NCBI GenBank assembly: GCA_951406725.2
Contig: OX597822.1
Coordinates: 20,522,001-20,586,000, forward strand
Direction of reading: 5' to 3'
Length of the DNA: 64,000 nucleotides
Source: Octopus vulgaris
Lineage: Eukaryota
Shown piece by piece: positions 12,700 through 26,449 of this stretch. Position 1 is the stretch's first letter; each line of letters begins with the position of its first letter. The notes below the pieces were generated by a model, which worked only from the letters and a program-made list of their open reading frames with translations, was not told the DNA's origin and ran no database searches. Made by a program: the position numbers and the translations under genes.

Positions 12700-13850
12700 G
12701 AGGGATTTCAATACCTTAGAGACGTTAAAAATGAGAACAGTCGGACGATAGTTGTTTGGGACAGAGGGCTCACCTGTCGTTGGAATGGGGCAAACTGAAG
12801 CTAACTTCCAAATATTAGTGTATATCCTTGTAGAGAATGAGAAATTAAAGAGTTTGTTGTGTAAAGGGACAAGTTCTGAGGCACAATGAAAGAAATAACA
12901 AAAATACTCGTCTGAGATCTAAGTATCATAGAGTGTACCTTAATGAATCGATGATTACAAATATGAGTGAAAACCTTAAACGAGGCAGTTCGATAGACAA
13001 TAGTCTACTGTAGTAACAGCAGAAAAAGGTAAAGGTGAAACACAGTCCATTGCTGTAATAACCAGAACGACAGCGTATTGATTTTGGAGAAATCTTACCG
13101 ATTAGTTATAGTACATAAAACATATTTTTAAAAAATGAACATTAAAAATTTGAGCAGTTGTATTGATTGAATATACCTTGGTGTGTTACAAGCACTCGCT
13201 ATTTTTACCATAACGAAGTTTAAATTCAAGACAGCAAGACATTATACTAGAGAGATACTGTGTATTATTCTAGAGAGACAAGTAAAGGGAAATTATTACC
13301 ATAAATTATTTAGGTTGTCTTGTTTCTACTAAGCGTACAACCACAAATTACAAAAGAGCTGCCTGAGAGAGATGACGTAGCAATGACAGTATCAAGATAT
13401 ATGAACAGATGCATTGAACATGTTGCAGTAAGCATTCACGATTCAATGTGTTTGAAATAAACGGTTGAAGTTGGTTGGATTTTTTAAAAGATTAAGCTTA
13501 TTAGCGGATCACGAAAATTGCAGACAATTTAAATAAAGTCTTATAGAAAATACACATAAGAAAATACGTCTGCATTCTACAAGAGAGACAGGAAAATTTA
13601 AAATGCGGTTTAGTGAATACATCAAAGAAAAGAGAAAAAGGAATATTTTAAACAAACACGTGATAATGTTGAAGTTCAAAGGAGTTTGGGAACCTTGAAA
13701 GATGGTGTTGGAAATTCAATTCATGCTGATGATTGCACAAATTATAAGGCAATAAATTGTCATTTGTATCAGCCAGAGAAATCTATACCTTGAGCTTCGT
13801 ATCACATTGAGACATCATCTGAGAGATTGATGGTTGTGGCTAACACTAAC
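12700..13850 (+). mobile_element. Highly degraded LINE remnant (RTE-like)
   Basis: A-rich coding-like composition with broken LINE-like words; no intact ORF. Confidence 0.25.
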
Positions 13851-14545
13851 AACTAACTCTTATAGAATGTAAGTTACATTCTATATATATCCTCATATAG
13901 AATGTCTGTTATTCTAAAGACATTCCAGCTATGACCATTACACTTTTTGACGCATTCTGTACCCCAGCTACACACTATCAAATATTCCTTATTTAGACAG
14001 TGGATTGTTATTTGAATAGTTACGCTATCAGTAAATCAGCAAACATTGTATGTTTCTTCTTATGATGGGAAGAATTCGAAGCTGAATTACTTAGTTCACA
14101 CGTAATGATAATTTTTGATATTGATACAAAATTATCAAGTAGGGTTTTTTAATTTTATGTCTCTGTTAATCTATAGCCCTACATTTTTTCCATGTTCACA
14201 AAGCTAGACATTGTGCTTGGCTCTGATTTTTGTTTTTATTCTCTAATAAGAGTCTACTGCTGAAATACCACAAAACATTCATCTGACTATATAAATAGAA
14301 GGTTTAAACTCTACTGAACATCCATCTGACGAATCTTGTTGTATTGTAAAACTGTTCGTAGTCTTATCTTGCAAGTTAGGGTTTTCGATAAAAACGAATG
14401 CGCGCTGTATTTGGTCACACAGACATCACTGCTCAACATATGTACAGCGCTTGTATTCTGTTAATCAAACAGGTGTATCAATTACTAAAGAAGGCAACAA
14501 ATTGCATCAACCTGCTAGAAGTAGCAGCCAATCTACCCTCAAGAA

Positions 14546-14651
<106 letters not shown>

Positions 14652-14778
14652 GTGTATATGTATATTTATTTATTTATATAAATAATATTTAAGTTTACCG
14701 TAAATGGTCCTTTTAACATGCTGAACACTACTTGGTAGAATTATTAATTACCAATTAATTAAATAATTTTACCCTTTA

Positions 14779-15825
<1,047 letters not shown>

Positions 15826-15916
15826 TAATCCAAACGGGAAAACAGAAAAAACAACAACACGTGGAACAATTACAGTATTATTATTATTAGGCGCTCAGGA
15901 AAATGGAAGAAGGAGG

Positions 15917-15951
15917 GTATGACGTTTCGAGCGGAGCTCTTCGTCGGAAAC
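15917..15951 (-). ncRNA. Minimal type I hammerhead ribozyme motif, variant core
   Basis: GUUU-CCGACGA-A-GAGC(UCC)GCUC-GAAACGUC-AUAC; palindromic ACGU stem III; U4->C change in the core and a stem I mismatch. Confidence 0.6.
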
Positions 15952-16126
15952 ATAGGAGAAAGAAAGATCCCGAGACGGGAGGACAGGGGAAAAAAAATTG
16001 CAGGTAGTCTTCACGAGGTCACATACTGAAAAGACGGAAGTTGTAAAAAAGGAGGAAATTGTCTTTTAAAAACAGGAGAGCTGAATCAAAGAGGGAATGG
16101 TAAAAAAGGTGTGCGAGAAAACGAGG

Positions 16127-16130
16127 ATGT

Positions 16131-16170
<40 letters not shown>

Positions 16171-19100
16171 GTGTGTATGTGTGTGTATGGTGGACAGTGG
16201 CTAGTAGCAGGCAGTAGTAGAGTTAAAGGAGTGTGTGGGGGTACCCTAGCAAGTGAGAAAGGCAGGTCAGAAACAGGGAGGTATGTGTGTGTGCGTGTGT
16301 ATGTATGTGTGAGTGTGTGCGTGTGCGTGTGTGTATGTGTGTGTGAGGCGAGATAAAAAAACAAAAAATATGTATATGTTAGTGCGTGCAGGGCGATCAG
16401 ATGACAAGCAAGTCTCAAGTGAGTGGTCAGTGGTAAAAAATGGGAGGAAGGAGGGAAGAAGGGAAGGAGGGAAAGGGTGGGGGCGTATATAACGTGCCAG
16501 TGTGTGTGTAGAGTGGTAGTGTGTCCAGTGTGCGTAGTTGTGTGTATGGCAAGTAAATTTGAAGTGTGTGTAAGTGTAATGTATATATATATGCAAATGT
16601 GTGTGTGTGAGTGTGTGTACAAAGAGGGGGGTGTTTAAGGAAAAAAAACTGCAGCGGAGGGGGGGAAGATGGAAGAGTGGTCCCGCGGCGACAGGCGTGG
16701 GAGAACCCAAAGACACGCGCCGGCCCCAGATACGTACAGGAGATCTAGTCGGTCAAGCCACGAGCGTGGTGCATGCATGCGCGTATGCGTGCGCGAACGT
16801 GCACAAGCGTGTATGTGCGCGCGCCTGCGAGTGTGTGTGTAAGTATGTATGTGTGTGGATGTGTGAGTGTGTCTGTGTGTAAGTCTCGGTGTCAGTGTGT
16901 CCGATGAATGTATGTGTATGAGTGTGTATGTATGTACGTGTGTGTGTGTGGAAGTGTGTGTAGGTGCATGTGTATGCGCGTACATGCAGGTGTGTGAGTG
17001 AGTGTGTGTGTGTGTATGTATGTGTGAGTGTGTATGTCTGTGTGTGTAGGATGCATGTGTGTGTATGGGTGTATGTATGTGTGTGTGTGTATGTCTGTGT
17101 ACGTGCGTGTGTGTGTGTGTATGCATGTATGCATGTATGCGTATGCATGTGCGTATGTGTGTGTGTATGTGTGTGTGCATGTGTGTAGGTATATATGTAT
17201 GTGCGTATATGTGTGTGTATGTGCGTACATGTGTGTGTGTATGCATATGTGTGTATGTAGGTGTGTAGGCGTGTGTGTATAGGTGTGTGTATGTAGGTGT
17301 GTGGGTGTGTCCGTGTGTGTGTGTGTATGCATGTGTGTGTATGTAGGTGTGTGGGCGTTTGTGTATAGGTGTATGTATGTATGTATGTATGGGTGTGTCC
17401 GTGTGTGTTTGTGTGTGTGTGTGTGTATGCATGTGTTTGTAGGTGTGTGTGTACGTGTGTAATATATGTACGTATGCGTGTGTGTGCGTGTGTATGCGTG
17501 TGTGTGTGTATGTAGGTGCGTATGTATGTGTGTGGGAGTGTAGGTGTGTGTTCGTGTATATGTTGGTGTGTGTGTATGTGAGTGTGAGTGTATGGGTGTT
17601 AGTCATGCATGTGTGTGCGCGTGCAGGCGAGTGTGTGTGTAAGTATGTGTGTGTGTATGTATGTGTGAGTGTGTATGTGTGTATGTATGTGTGTATGTAT
17701 GTGCGTATAGGAGTATGTAAGTATGTGTATGTGTATGTGTGTGGGTATGTATGTATGTATGTATGTGTGTGTGTGCATGTGTGTAAGTATATGTGTGTGT
17801 GCGTATGTATGTGTATGTGTATGTGTGTGTGTTTATGTATGTATGTATGTATGTGTGTAGGCGTGTGTGTATAGGTGTATGTATGTATGGGTGTGTGTCT
17901 GTGAGTGTTTGTGTGTGTGTGTAGGTATGTGTGTATGTATGAGTGAAGGTATGGCTGTGTAGGTGTGTGTGTGTATGAATGTAAGTGTGTGTGTGTGTAC
18001 AAGTGTAATGTATGTATGTAGGTGTGTGTGTGTATGTGTGCGTGTGCGTGTGTATGTGTGTGTGTGTATGCGTGTGAGTGTATGGGTGTATGTGTATGTC
18101 TGAAGTAGGCATGTGTGTGTATGTGTGTGTGTGCGGGTATGTGTGTCCGTGTGTGTGTGTGTATGCATATGTGTGTATGTAGGTGTGTGGGCGTGTGTGT
18201 ATAGGTGTATGTATGTATGTATGTATGGGTGTGTCCGTGTGTGTTTGTGTGTGTGTGTGTATGCATGTGTATGTAGGTGTGTGTGTACGTGTGTAATATA
18301 TGTATGTATGCGTGTGTGTGCGTGTGTATGCGTGTGTGTGTGTGTATGTAGGTGCGTATGTATGTGTGTGGGAGTGTAGGTGTGTGTTCGTGTATATGGT
18401 GGTGTGTGTGTATGTGAGTGTGAGTGTATGGGTGTTAGTCATGCATGTGTGTGCGCGTGCAGGCGAGTGTGTGTGTAAGTATGTGTGTATGTATGTGTGA
18501 GTGTGTATGTGTGTATGTCTGTGTGTATGTATGTGCGTATAGGAGTATGTAAGTATGTGTATGTGTATGTGTGTGGGTGTATGTATGTATGTATGTATGT
18601 GTGTGTGTGCATGTGTGTAAGTATATGTGTGTGAGCGTATGTATGTGTGTATGTGTATGTGTGTGTGTTTATGTATGTGTGCATGTATGTATGTAGGCGT
18701 GTGTGTATAGGTGTATGTATGGGTGTGTGTCTGTGAGTGTTTGTGTGTGTGTGTAGGTATGTGTGTATGTATGAGTGAAGGTATGGCTGTGTAGGTGTGT
18801 GTGTGTATGAATGTAAGTGTGTGTGTGTACACGTGTAATGTATGTATGTAGGTGTGTGTGTGTATGTGTGCGTGTGCGTGTGTATGTGTGTGTGTGTGTA
18901 TGCGTGTGAGTGTATGGGTGTATGTGTATGTCTGAAGTAGGTATGTGTGTGTATGTATGTATGTGTGTGTGTGTGCGGGTATGTGTGTGTGTGTGTATGT
19001 GTGTGTGTAAGTGTGTGTGTGAGTAGGTGTGCGTGTATGTATGTGGGTAGGGGTGCATGCGTGTGTGTGGGTATGTATGTATACATACGCACGCACACAC

Positions 19101-19700
19101 CCGAAGCACGCCCACACACACGAAGCACGCTCACACACGCAACACCCAAACAATACAACGCAAGCCCATGGGGCTGACCAACCCCCAGCACGCGCTAAGG
19201 CGTGCGCGCGCGGGGGCCCCCAAACGACCCGCTCCACGGGAACCGAGGATCCATCAACCAAAACCAGAAAGCAGAAGGAGGGGGGGGGGTTGCCTGGGTG
19301 CAAATAGGTGTATGTGTGTGTGCATTCGTGTAAAGGTGTGCATGTCTGGGTATGTGTGTATGTATGTGTGTGTGCGTACACGTATGTGTGCATGTGTGTG
19401 TGTGTATGTAAGTATAGGTGTGTGAAGCATGTATGTGCGATGTGTGTGTATGTGTGTGTGTGTATGTATGTGCGTATGTATGTGTGTATGTATGTGTGTA
19501 TGTATGTCTGTGTGTGTGTGTGTGTGTGTAAGTATGTATGTATGTGTGTATGTATGTATGTGTGTATGTATGTGCATGTTGGTTTGTATGTTAGTGTGTA
19601 CATGTATGTCTATAAGTATGTGTGATTAAATGTGTGAATGTGTGTACGTAGATGTGTATCCGTATGTGTGTGTGTGAACAGGTGTGTGGGATGTAGGTAG
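16127..19700. repeat. ~3.6 kb degenerate (GT/GTAT)n low-complexity tract with an internal ~835 bp tandem duplication
   Basis: Landmarks GGGTGTTAGTCATGC (17594/18430), ATGAGTGAAGGTATGGC (17939/18771) and TCTGAAGTAGG (18099/18931). Confidence 0.85.
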
Positions 19701-19740
19701 GTGTTTGTTTGTGGGGGGTGTTTATCCGGAAAAAAAAACC

Positions 19741-21012
19741 TTAGGAGGAGGGGGCTGTGTTAAGTCCGTGTGGGGTAGTAGTTTGTAGGGTGAAGATGTA
19801 GCGTTGCTCCAAGTGGAGCCTAGAAAGTGGACGACCATTGTGGGGGGCGAGACCAAACACTGAGATGTCATCTAGGGAATGGCTGGCCGAGCGGAAGTGG
19901 CGTGCGACGGGAGAAAAAGAGTGTGGGCGAACGTCCCTCAAATGTTCTGTGAATCGGTCGGACAACCGGCGTCCCGTCTGTCCTACATACAGCATCCCGC
20001 ATAGGTTGCATTTAATGCAGTAAATGAGGCCAGACGAGGTGCACGTAAAGGAGTGCCTAATACGTACAGTTCGCCGGTTGGAGCCAGTGACAGCAGTGGT
20101 GTTGGTGATGAAGGGGCAAGTGTTGCAGCGGGATCTAGAGCAAGAGAATGATCCGTGTGGGGCTGAGGGGGAAGGAGAGAGGGTGCTGTGGACCAGGAGG
20201 TCACGTAGATTACGGGCTCGTTTGAAGGAGGACAGGGGTGGGTTAGGGAAAATGGGGCGGGTTGTGGGATCAAGCTGGAGGCGACGGAAGGCACGTAGTA
20301 TCTTGCGACGAAGGGGTAGGGTAGAGGGGTGGAAAAGGAGGGGGAAGGGGGTACGGTTGGGGGGTGGGTGGGGGGAAGGAGACAGGGCGGTGGTGCGGTC
20401 GATGCGACGGGCGCGGGTGAGGGCATTAGAGATGAGTATAGGTGGGTACCCTCGGAGTCTGAACAGGCGGGCCAGGTATTGAGATTGGGTCTCGAAATCC
20501 TGGTCGCGGCTGCACAAACGTCGGAGGCGGAGGAACTGGGAGTAGGGGATGGCTCGTTTGGTGTGGAAGGGGTGGGAGGAGGAGAAGTTGAGATAGAGGT
20601 GGGAGTCTGTAGGTTTAAAGAAGGCGGTGGTGGTGAGAGAGTTGGAGGGGTGGTCGATTCGGAGAGAGATGTCAAGGAAGTTGACAGAGGTGTTGGAGAT
20701 GGTGGAGGTGAATTGAAGAGAGGGGTGAAAGTTGGAAAGGAAAGAGATGAATTGGCCGAGAAGTTCACGGGAAAGGGAGGTGGCACCTATGCAGTCGTCT
20801 ATATAGCGACCGTATAGTTCGGGGGTCGGCCCAGAGAACTGGGAGAATACTTGGGCCTCAATGTAGCCAAGAAAGAGATTGGCGAAATTGGGGCCCATCC
20901 TAGTTCCCATCGCGACCCCGGACACCTGTTGGTACGTTTCCCCGGCGAACGTGAAGCAGTTGAGGGTGAGGGCGAGCTCAGCCAAGCGGAGAAGGGTGGG
21001 GGTGCTAACCAT
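19741..21012 (-). CDS. Penelope-like reverse transcriptase + GIY-YIG endonuclease, N-terminally truncated, uninterrupted 423 aa
   Basis: QVSGVAMGTRMGPNFANLF (RT motif B), RYIDD, NFLDI, KPTDSHLYL, CSRSRCNTC Cys linker (Neptune-type), LIYCIKC..CGMLYVGQTGRRL..RF.EH (GIY-YIG); RT motif A absent. Confidence 0.93.
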   Translation of the reverse strand: MVSTPTLLRLAELALTLNCFTFAGETYQQVSGVAMGTRMGPNFANLFLGYIEAQVFSQFSGPTPELYGRYIDDCIGATSLSRELLGQFISFLSNFHPSLQFTSTISNTSVNFLDISLRIDHPSNSLTTTAFFKPTDSHLYLNFSSSHPFHTKRAIPYSQFLRLRRLCSRDQDFETQSQYLARLFRLRGYPPILISNALTRARRIDRTTALSPSPHPPPNRTPFPLLFHPSTLPLRRKILRAFRRLQLDPTTRPIFPNPPLSSFKRARNLRDLLVHSTLSPSPSAPHGSFSCSRSRCNTCPFITNTTAVTGSNRRTVRIRHSFTCTSSGLIYCIKCNLCGMLYVGQTGRRLSDRFTEHLRDVRPHSFSPVARHFRSASHSLDDISVFGLAPHNGRPLSRLHLEQRYIFTLQTTTPHGLNTAPSS

Positions 21013-21384
21013 GACATTTTATACATTAAACAAACACATATTGATCGCTACTGGAAAGTTTTCGGTTATAGATTTACCCGAATTTACCCAATCGAGTCTA
21101 ACTAGGGGGTTAAACAAAACAACAAAAACAATAAAAGCAGGGTTAGTATTGATGATGCCTTAAGGAAGAAGTTAGAAGTTCCAGCATAATTCACGTGTTG
21201 TGGAATAAGGTGAGGAGTAAGATTTTGTCGACAGGAACAGCAACAATGATATTGTTGAGGCGAGAAATAATACCTTAAGTATTGTTGCTGTTGATGATGA
21301 CGACGATGAGGATGAAGACGATGATGATGGTGGTGGTGGTTGTTATATCAGTGGTGGCAATGATGATGATGGTGTTGGCGGTAG

Positions 21385-21428
<44 letters not shown>

Positions 21429-23504
21429 TGTAAGAGGAGGAAGAGGAATGAATATTATTGCTTAAACTGATTCTTGATACTGATAAATGCAATTGTTTAA
21501 GAATCAAGAATAACAGCTCGCGCCCGCATACACACACATTGCACACACACACAATGCACACACGCACACACACACACATTCACATACACACTCACGCACA
21601 CACAAAGAGACACAAACATAAAAGCACTCGCGTATATAAACAATGCACCAAAATTCGATACATATTGATTTGTCTTGTTGCAATATCAGTGAAGATTAGA
21701 ATCGATACGAGGAATTAGCTAAAGATGTGTTTTAGTTTTCTTTGAAAATGCAATTCTGTAACGTTTTGGTAAGTTAATGCTGAAGTTGTTTCTATGACAA
21801 CATAACCCTTATCCTCAGTTGTATTTCGATTCAAGGTTAAGCCATGTCTATTTCTAACATAAATAGTCTCCTTTCTCAATGTTCTTCTTCTTGGTGTTAT
21901 TTAAACATCATTATTTATATAATACATGTTCCGTTGGCAAGTCAGCTCTGATCGAGCAGACTTAATCAAAGCCATTCCAACCATAACTTTATCATAATTT
22001 TTGTTTCTGTCTATCACTACATTGCCCACTGTGTCCTTCGTTCTTCCTCTTTTCTTTTTCATGTCTTTAAGGCAGTAGCATGTGATTTAAGGGAAATTTG
22101 GTTGCAATTTCTTACAAGTCGACTACCACACGGACATTCTCTTAGATTCTACATTACCCGATTATTTCTAATTTGAATAAACACAAATGTATTTGAAGTG
22201 AAACAGCTCAGCCTTTCACTTGATAATACTCTAAACCACGCGGGCGTCTTAATATAGACAATATGGTTTCCAGTTCCTGTGTTGTTTCTAAGCGGGACCT
22301 GGTTAAGTAGGCCAATGCTCAAAGGTAATCGAGCCATGCCCATCCATCCTGCTTTTCTTCATCTAGAATGCTGTACTCCTCACTGCAATATTAACTATGT
22401 CCTTACGTTTTTAAAATAGCAGGAAGTAGTCTGAGGGAGATTTGATTGTTATTTCTAACAAGTCAAGAGTAGTAGATTGGCAGAATCGTTACAGAGATGG
22501 ACGTTTACATTTTGTCAGTTTACATTTTATCAGTTTGCATTTTATCCATTCGCAGGTGGTAATAAAGGACCAGTCAAATACGGAGGTGCAACTTAATCGG
22601 CTAACCCTCACTTCTCAAATTTCTGCCGTTGGGCTGATGTTAAGGACAGCTATTTTTAAAGGGTCGAATGACCATATAGAGGTTTGCCATTGACTCGTTT
22701 GGAACTATATATATACTTTTTTAGATAGTGTTCGATTTATTATCTTAATTATCTCACCACAAATCCCCGAATAGTAAAAATTACTTTTCATCACTCTGTA
22801 TTCTACAATATTAATTTCTAATAAAGGCACACAATACATTCAGTGGGAGAGGCGAATATAATCGATTTGATTATATTGATACTTATTCTACTGACTTCAG
22901 GAAGAAAGACAAAATCGAATCCTGGCGACTTTGAACTCGGGACAGAAATAGATACCACGAGGTATTATTCTGTGCTACGCTTTACCAATTTTGCCTCCAA
23001 TGCTGTCTGGGATTCAATGATATCGATTTCCATCATTGGCTCAAGGCCACACATTTTAGAAACGAGTGTAGTCGATAAAATGTACTTGACTGGTACCATA
23101 AAGGGCCGTAACTAAGTATCAAATGGCTTTTTTCCTCGATATTCTAGCTACTCTGTCAGTTCACTGGCCTAAGGCGTCGATAACATTAGCGTCAGTTATA
23201 TACTAAAAGCTAATTTAAATGCATAAAAAATAAATCGATATCTCAAAATATGGTTTAGGCAGCAAGGCGATAAGATAATAGTAAGTCGATTGCACAAACG
23301 TTGTTATTGTTTTTCGGCCCTTGGTCTTTTCTGATTAAGTGGAACCATGATCAAAGGCGTTCTGCAATAACAGTCGCATCATTTCTTTTGTTCTTTTCTT
23401 CGTGTGCCGTATATCTAATAGTGTTTGTAAAACAGACACAACGCCAGAAATATTAATAAGAGGGATTAGTAGATGACATCGACTCCAATATTTGACCAGT
23501 ATAA

Positions 23505-24015
23505 GGTGGCGACCTGGCAGGATCGGTAAGTACACCAAGCAAAATGCCTAGAAGCATTTCATCCGTCTTCACGTTCTGAGTTTAAGTTCCGCCGAGGTCG
23601 ACTTTGCCTTTTACCCTTCAAAGTCGATAAAATAAGTACCAGTCGAATACAGGGTCGGTATAACCGACTAATTCCCACCTCCAAAATTGCTGGCCTTGTA
23701 CCAAAATTTGAAACCAATATTTGATTGGTATACTATTTTATCGACTTCAAACGATGGAAGGTAAAGTATTTTGCCCGTCGTGTTGTATTTATTTGATATT
23801 GCATTATACATAATGTGGCGAACTGGCAGATGCATGAGCACGCCAGGTAAAATGCTTAGCGGAATTTCATCCGTCTTTATGTTCTGAGTTCAAATTCCAC
23901 CCAGGTCGACTTTGCCGTTCATCCTTTCGGAGTCGATAAGGTAAGTACTAGTTGAGCATTTGGGTCAGTGTCATCGATTTACCGCTTCCCCCTAAAATTG
24001 CTGACCTTGTGTCAA
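23505..24015 (+). mobile_element. Two SINE family A copies (~23505-23716 and ~23815-24015)
   Basis: Head, B-box-like block and central block present in both. Confidence 0.75.
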
Positions 24016-26449
24016 AATCAATATTATATTATGAAATATAACCTTATATGTTATTCTAAGACCCTTGAGTATGACATATGGGTAATGTGGCTTACGGTTG
24101 TTTGGCAAGTGACGCTCAACAAAGTCCTCAAGTGAGCTTCCCTTGATGATTTTGTTGCTGTGAGTGATAGCTGTGACCAAAAGCATTTCAGCAGCGTACT
24201 TCCTGTCATTTTCCGAAGTACAGTGTACCTAGGATTACATAATTTAGTGTTTTCTTCTTTTCAAAAGCATCAGGGTGTATTTTGAAGGAGATTGGACTAG
24301 TATTTTTAGCAGGAGTCCAAGTGATTCTCTGAAGGCTCTTCTGATTTCGATTTTTCGTTACATTACAATCATTTTTCATTACGTTTTTAGAAAGTCCTTA
24401 TTCAGAAGTCTTATACTGTATAATCTGTTTTTTCATATATCACTCTGGAATATTTTAATTGCTGGAACATTTTCAAACTTCTATATTCTGATAGTATAAT
24501 CGACTTATATATTTAAACGTGTTTATCAAAAGTAAGCTTAAAGCGGTATGGGCGAGTCTGAGAGACGGTCTTCTTCCTACCATTTCACTTCATGAAGAAG
24601 TTTATGTTCATAAGCAAGGCATGAATACATCAACGTACCGCTACAGCACAGCTAAAATTATATTGTTTCTCTATGCAGTCAAATCTCTCTCAAAATACAC
24701 TCTACAATCTCAGAAATTGATACCTTGGATTATGTGGTACAAAATGCACTGGGGCTAGGGAAAAGAAAGCATGGTCACTGATAGAGCATCTTTGATTATA
24801 GGTTTGTCCATTCTGTACTGAAATGAAGTTAAGTAACAGCATTATAGGTACTAGTCCCTCTAAATTGTGCATGCGTGTGTGCGCGCGCATACATTTGGCA
24901 ACGTGTTCAGCAAAGCGATTTTATGTAAGCACAAAAAATTAACGCGTACACTAGTGTTCAACCAATGCTATAATTATCACCTTAGAATTATTACACATTT
25001 AGTTTCACGTACTTTCGTCACAGATAAAACTGTACTACATTAGATTTCAACGTAAACTAACTTCTAAAATTGCAGAGTATAATTGTTTTGTAGGTGGCTC
25101 GATCTGGAACTGAAGCAATTAGATTGTGGAAGGACCATTTAATAACACTCAAAGCCGTAAGATTCAAACTGAATTTAAATTCAATAAGAAGCAAGCGAAA
25201 TAAAATATGTACGGTTGTGCTAACAAAAAAAAAGGCCAAGTCAAAATATTGTGTCACGTTGCATAGACTGTTGACTTCTTTTATTATATTTCAGGAAATC
25301 TTCCTTTATCCAAAATAGATTATTTAAAGGGAATCTTTAATAGAAATATTACGGTACGGTAGTACAATATCTCGTCTTTATCTTATTTATTTTGCTTAAC
25401 TTCTCATTTGCATTGCTTAAAAGTATTTTTATAAGTAACCCATCTACGTACCACTTCAAGCAAATTACGATACTCTTAAATTTAATAAGCAAATAACCAA
25501 AATTTTCTTCACTCAACAATGATTTGGTCATTGACACGATTCCATTGAAACTGAAAACAGTTGCAGTGAAACTGTCAATGACACCTTAATAAAGAAATTT
25601 AGAGTGAGTTTAAAAGCCTTTCTAGCTGTTTAACAGCATGTTATTAAATAGCCTGAATAGTTCTTCCACAATATCATTGCTACTCATAAAAATTATAGAG
25701 AATTTATGGAGCTTCTATTTTCATGGTTTAAAGAAACATCCATTGAGATTAAGTAAATTCAGCTGTGTATCTTGTGTTGTTTACTTTCTGAAAATTTCAG
25801 CTAATGTTTCATTTTTAAAACTCATTTTTATATATTTTATATTTCATATAATTTCTTTAAGCTGACGAGGTTCTAGACTTAAACTTTATTCTAGCTTCTA
25901 TAGCGATGAGACCCTAAGTAACAATGACGACGGTCTTTGATGTTTACCTTTAATTCAGCGTTTATTAACTAGATTCGCTGTTTTGCTTCGGTAGAAGTAG
26001 CAGTGTGGTATTTGTAAATGATTCGTTATTGTGTTGTACCAATGACAATTTCTTTCCCTATTTTTTTTTTTGGTGAACATTACTTACTGTGAAGATACGT
26101 CGTCAGATTGACAAGATGTTGGGCTGATGATCATGGAGTAGTGGATTTCATTCCTAGACAGAGCGGCGACGCATTGTGTCCCTGAGCAAGATACATCATT
26201 TCGTGTCTCTTCAGTTTACTCATGAGTACCAACCTATTGTTGATGGAGCCATCACATCTTCGAAATCTCCAACTTTCACATCTTCGATGTATCACTGAGT
26301 CAAGAGTGAGAGAGTATCTTTATCTGTTCGTGACTATAAAGTTATTTAACACAATTAGCAAAAGCATGGTACAAGCTACCAAATCAGTCACCTGCGAGAG
26401 ATGGCAAGGCTATCTTCTTAAAGTACGCCAGCAATCTGTCTCGTATGAC

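Larger units (their letters stand above)
15822..21012 (-). mobile_element. Penelope-like element (Neptune-type), 5'-truncated, with long CA-rich 3' region and hammerhead-bearing pLTR ending in (TA)n
   Basis: RT + GIY-YIG ORF at 19741-21012; hammerhead motif at 15917-15951 on the same strand; that the intervening CA tract belongs to the element is inferred. Confidence 0.75.

Noticed and set aside
14320-14365. CTGACGA followed by AAAACTG
   Set aside because: No GAAA and no stem II/III pairing
16635-19603. 543 aa and 666 aa His/Thr/Tyr-rich ORFs
   Set aside because: Translation of (CA)/(CATA) repeats, which rarely contain stops; no domain; similar ORFs are open in several frames
19983-20817. 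Overlapping alternative-frame and antisense ORFs in the Penelope ORF
   Set aside because: Explained by strong C/G strand skew depleting stop codons
19741-21012. Naiad-type (N-terminal endonuclease, selenocysteine) Penelope
   Set aside because: GIY-YIG is C-terminal and the ORF has no in-frame UGA
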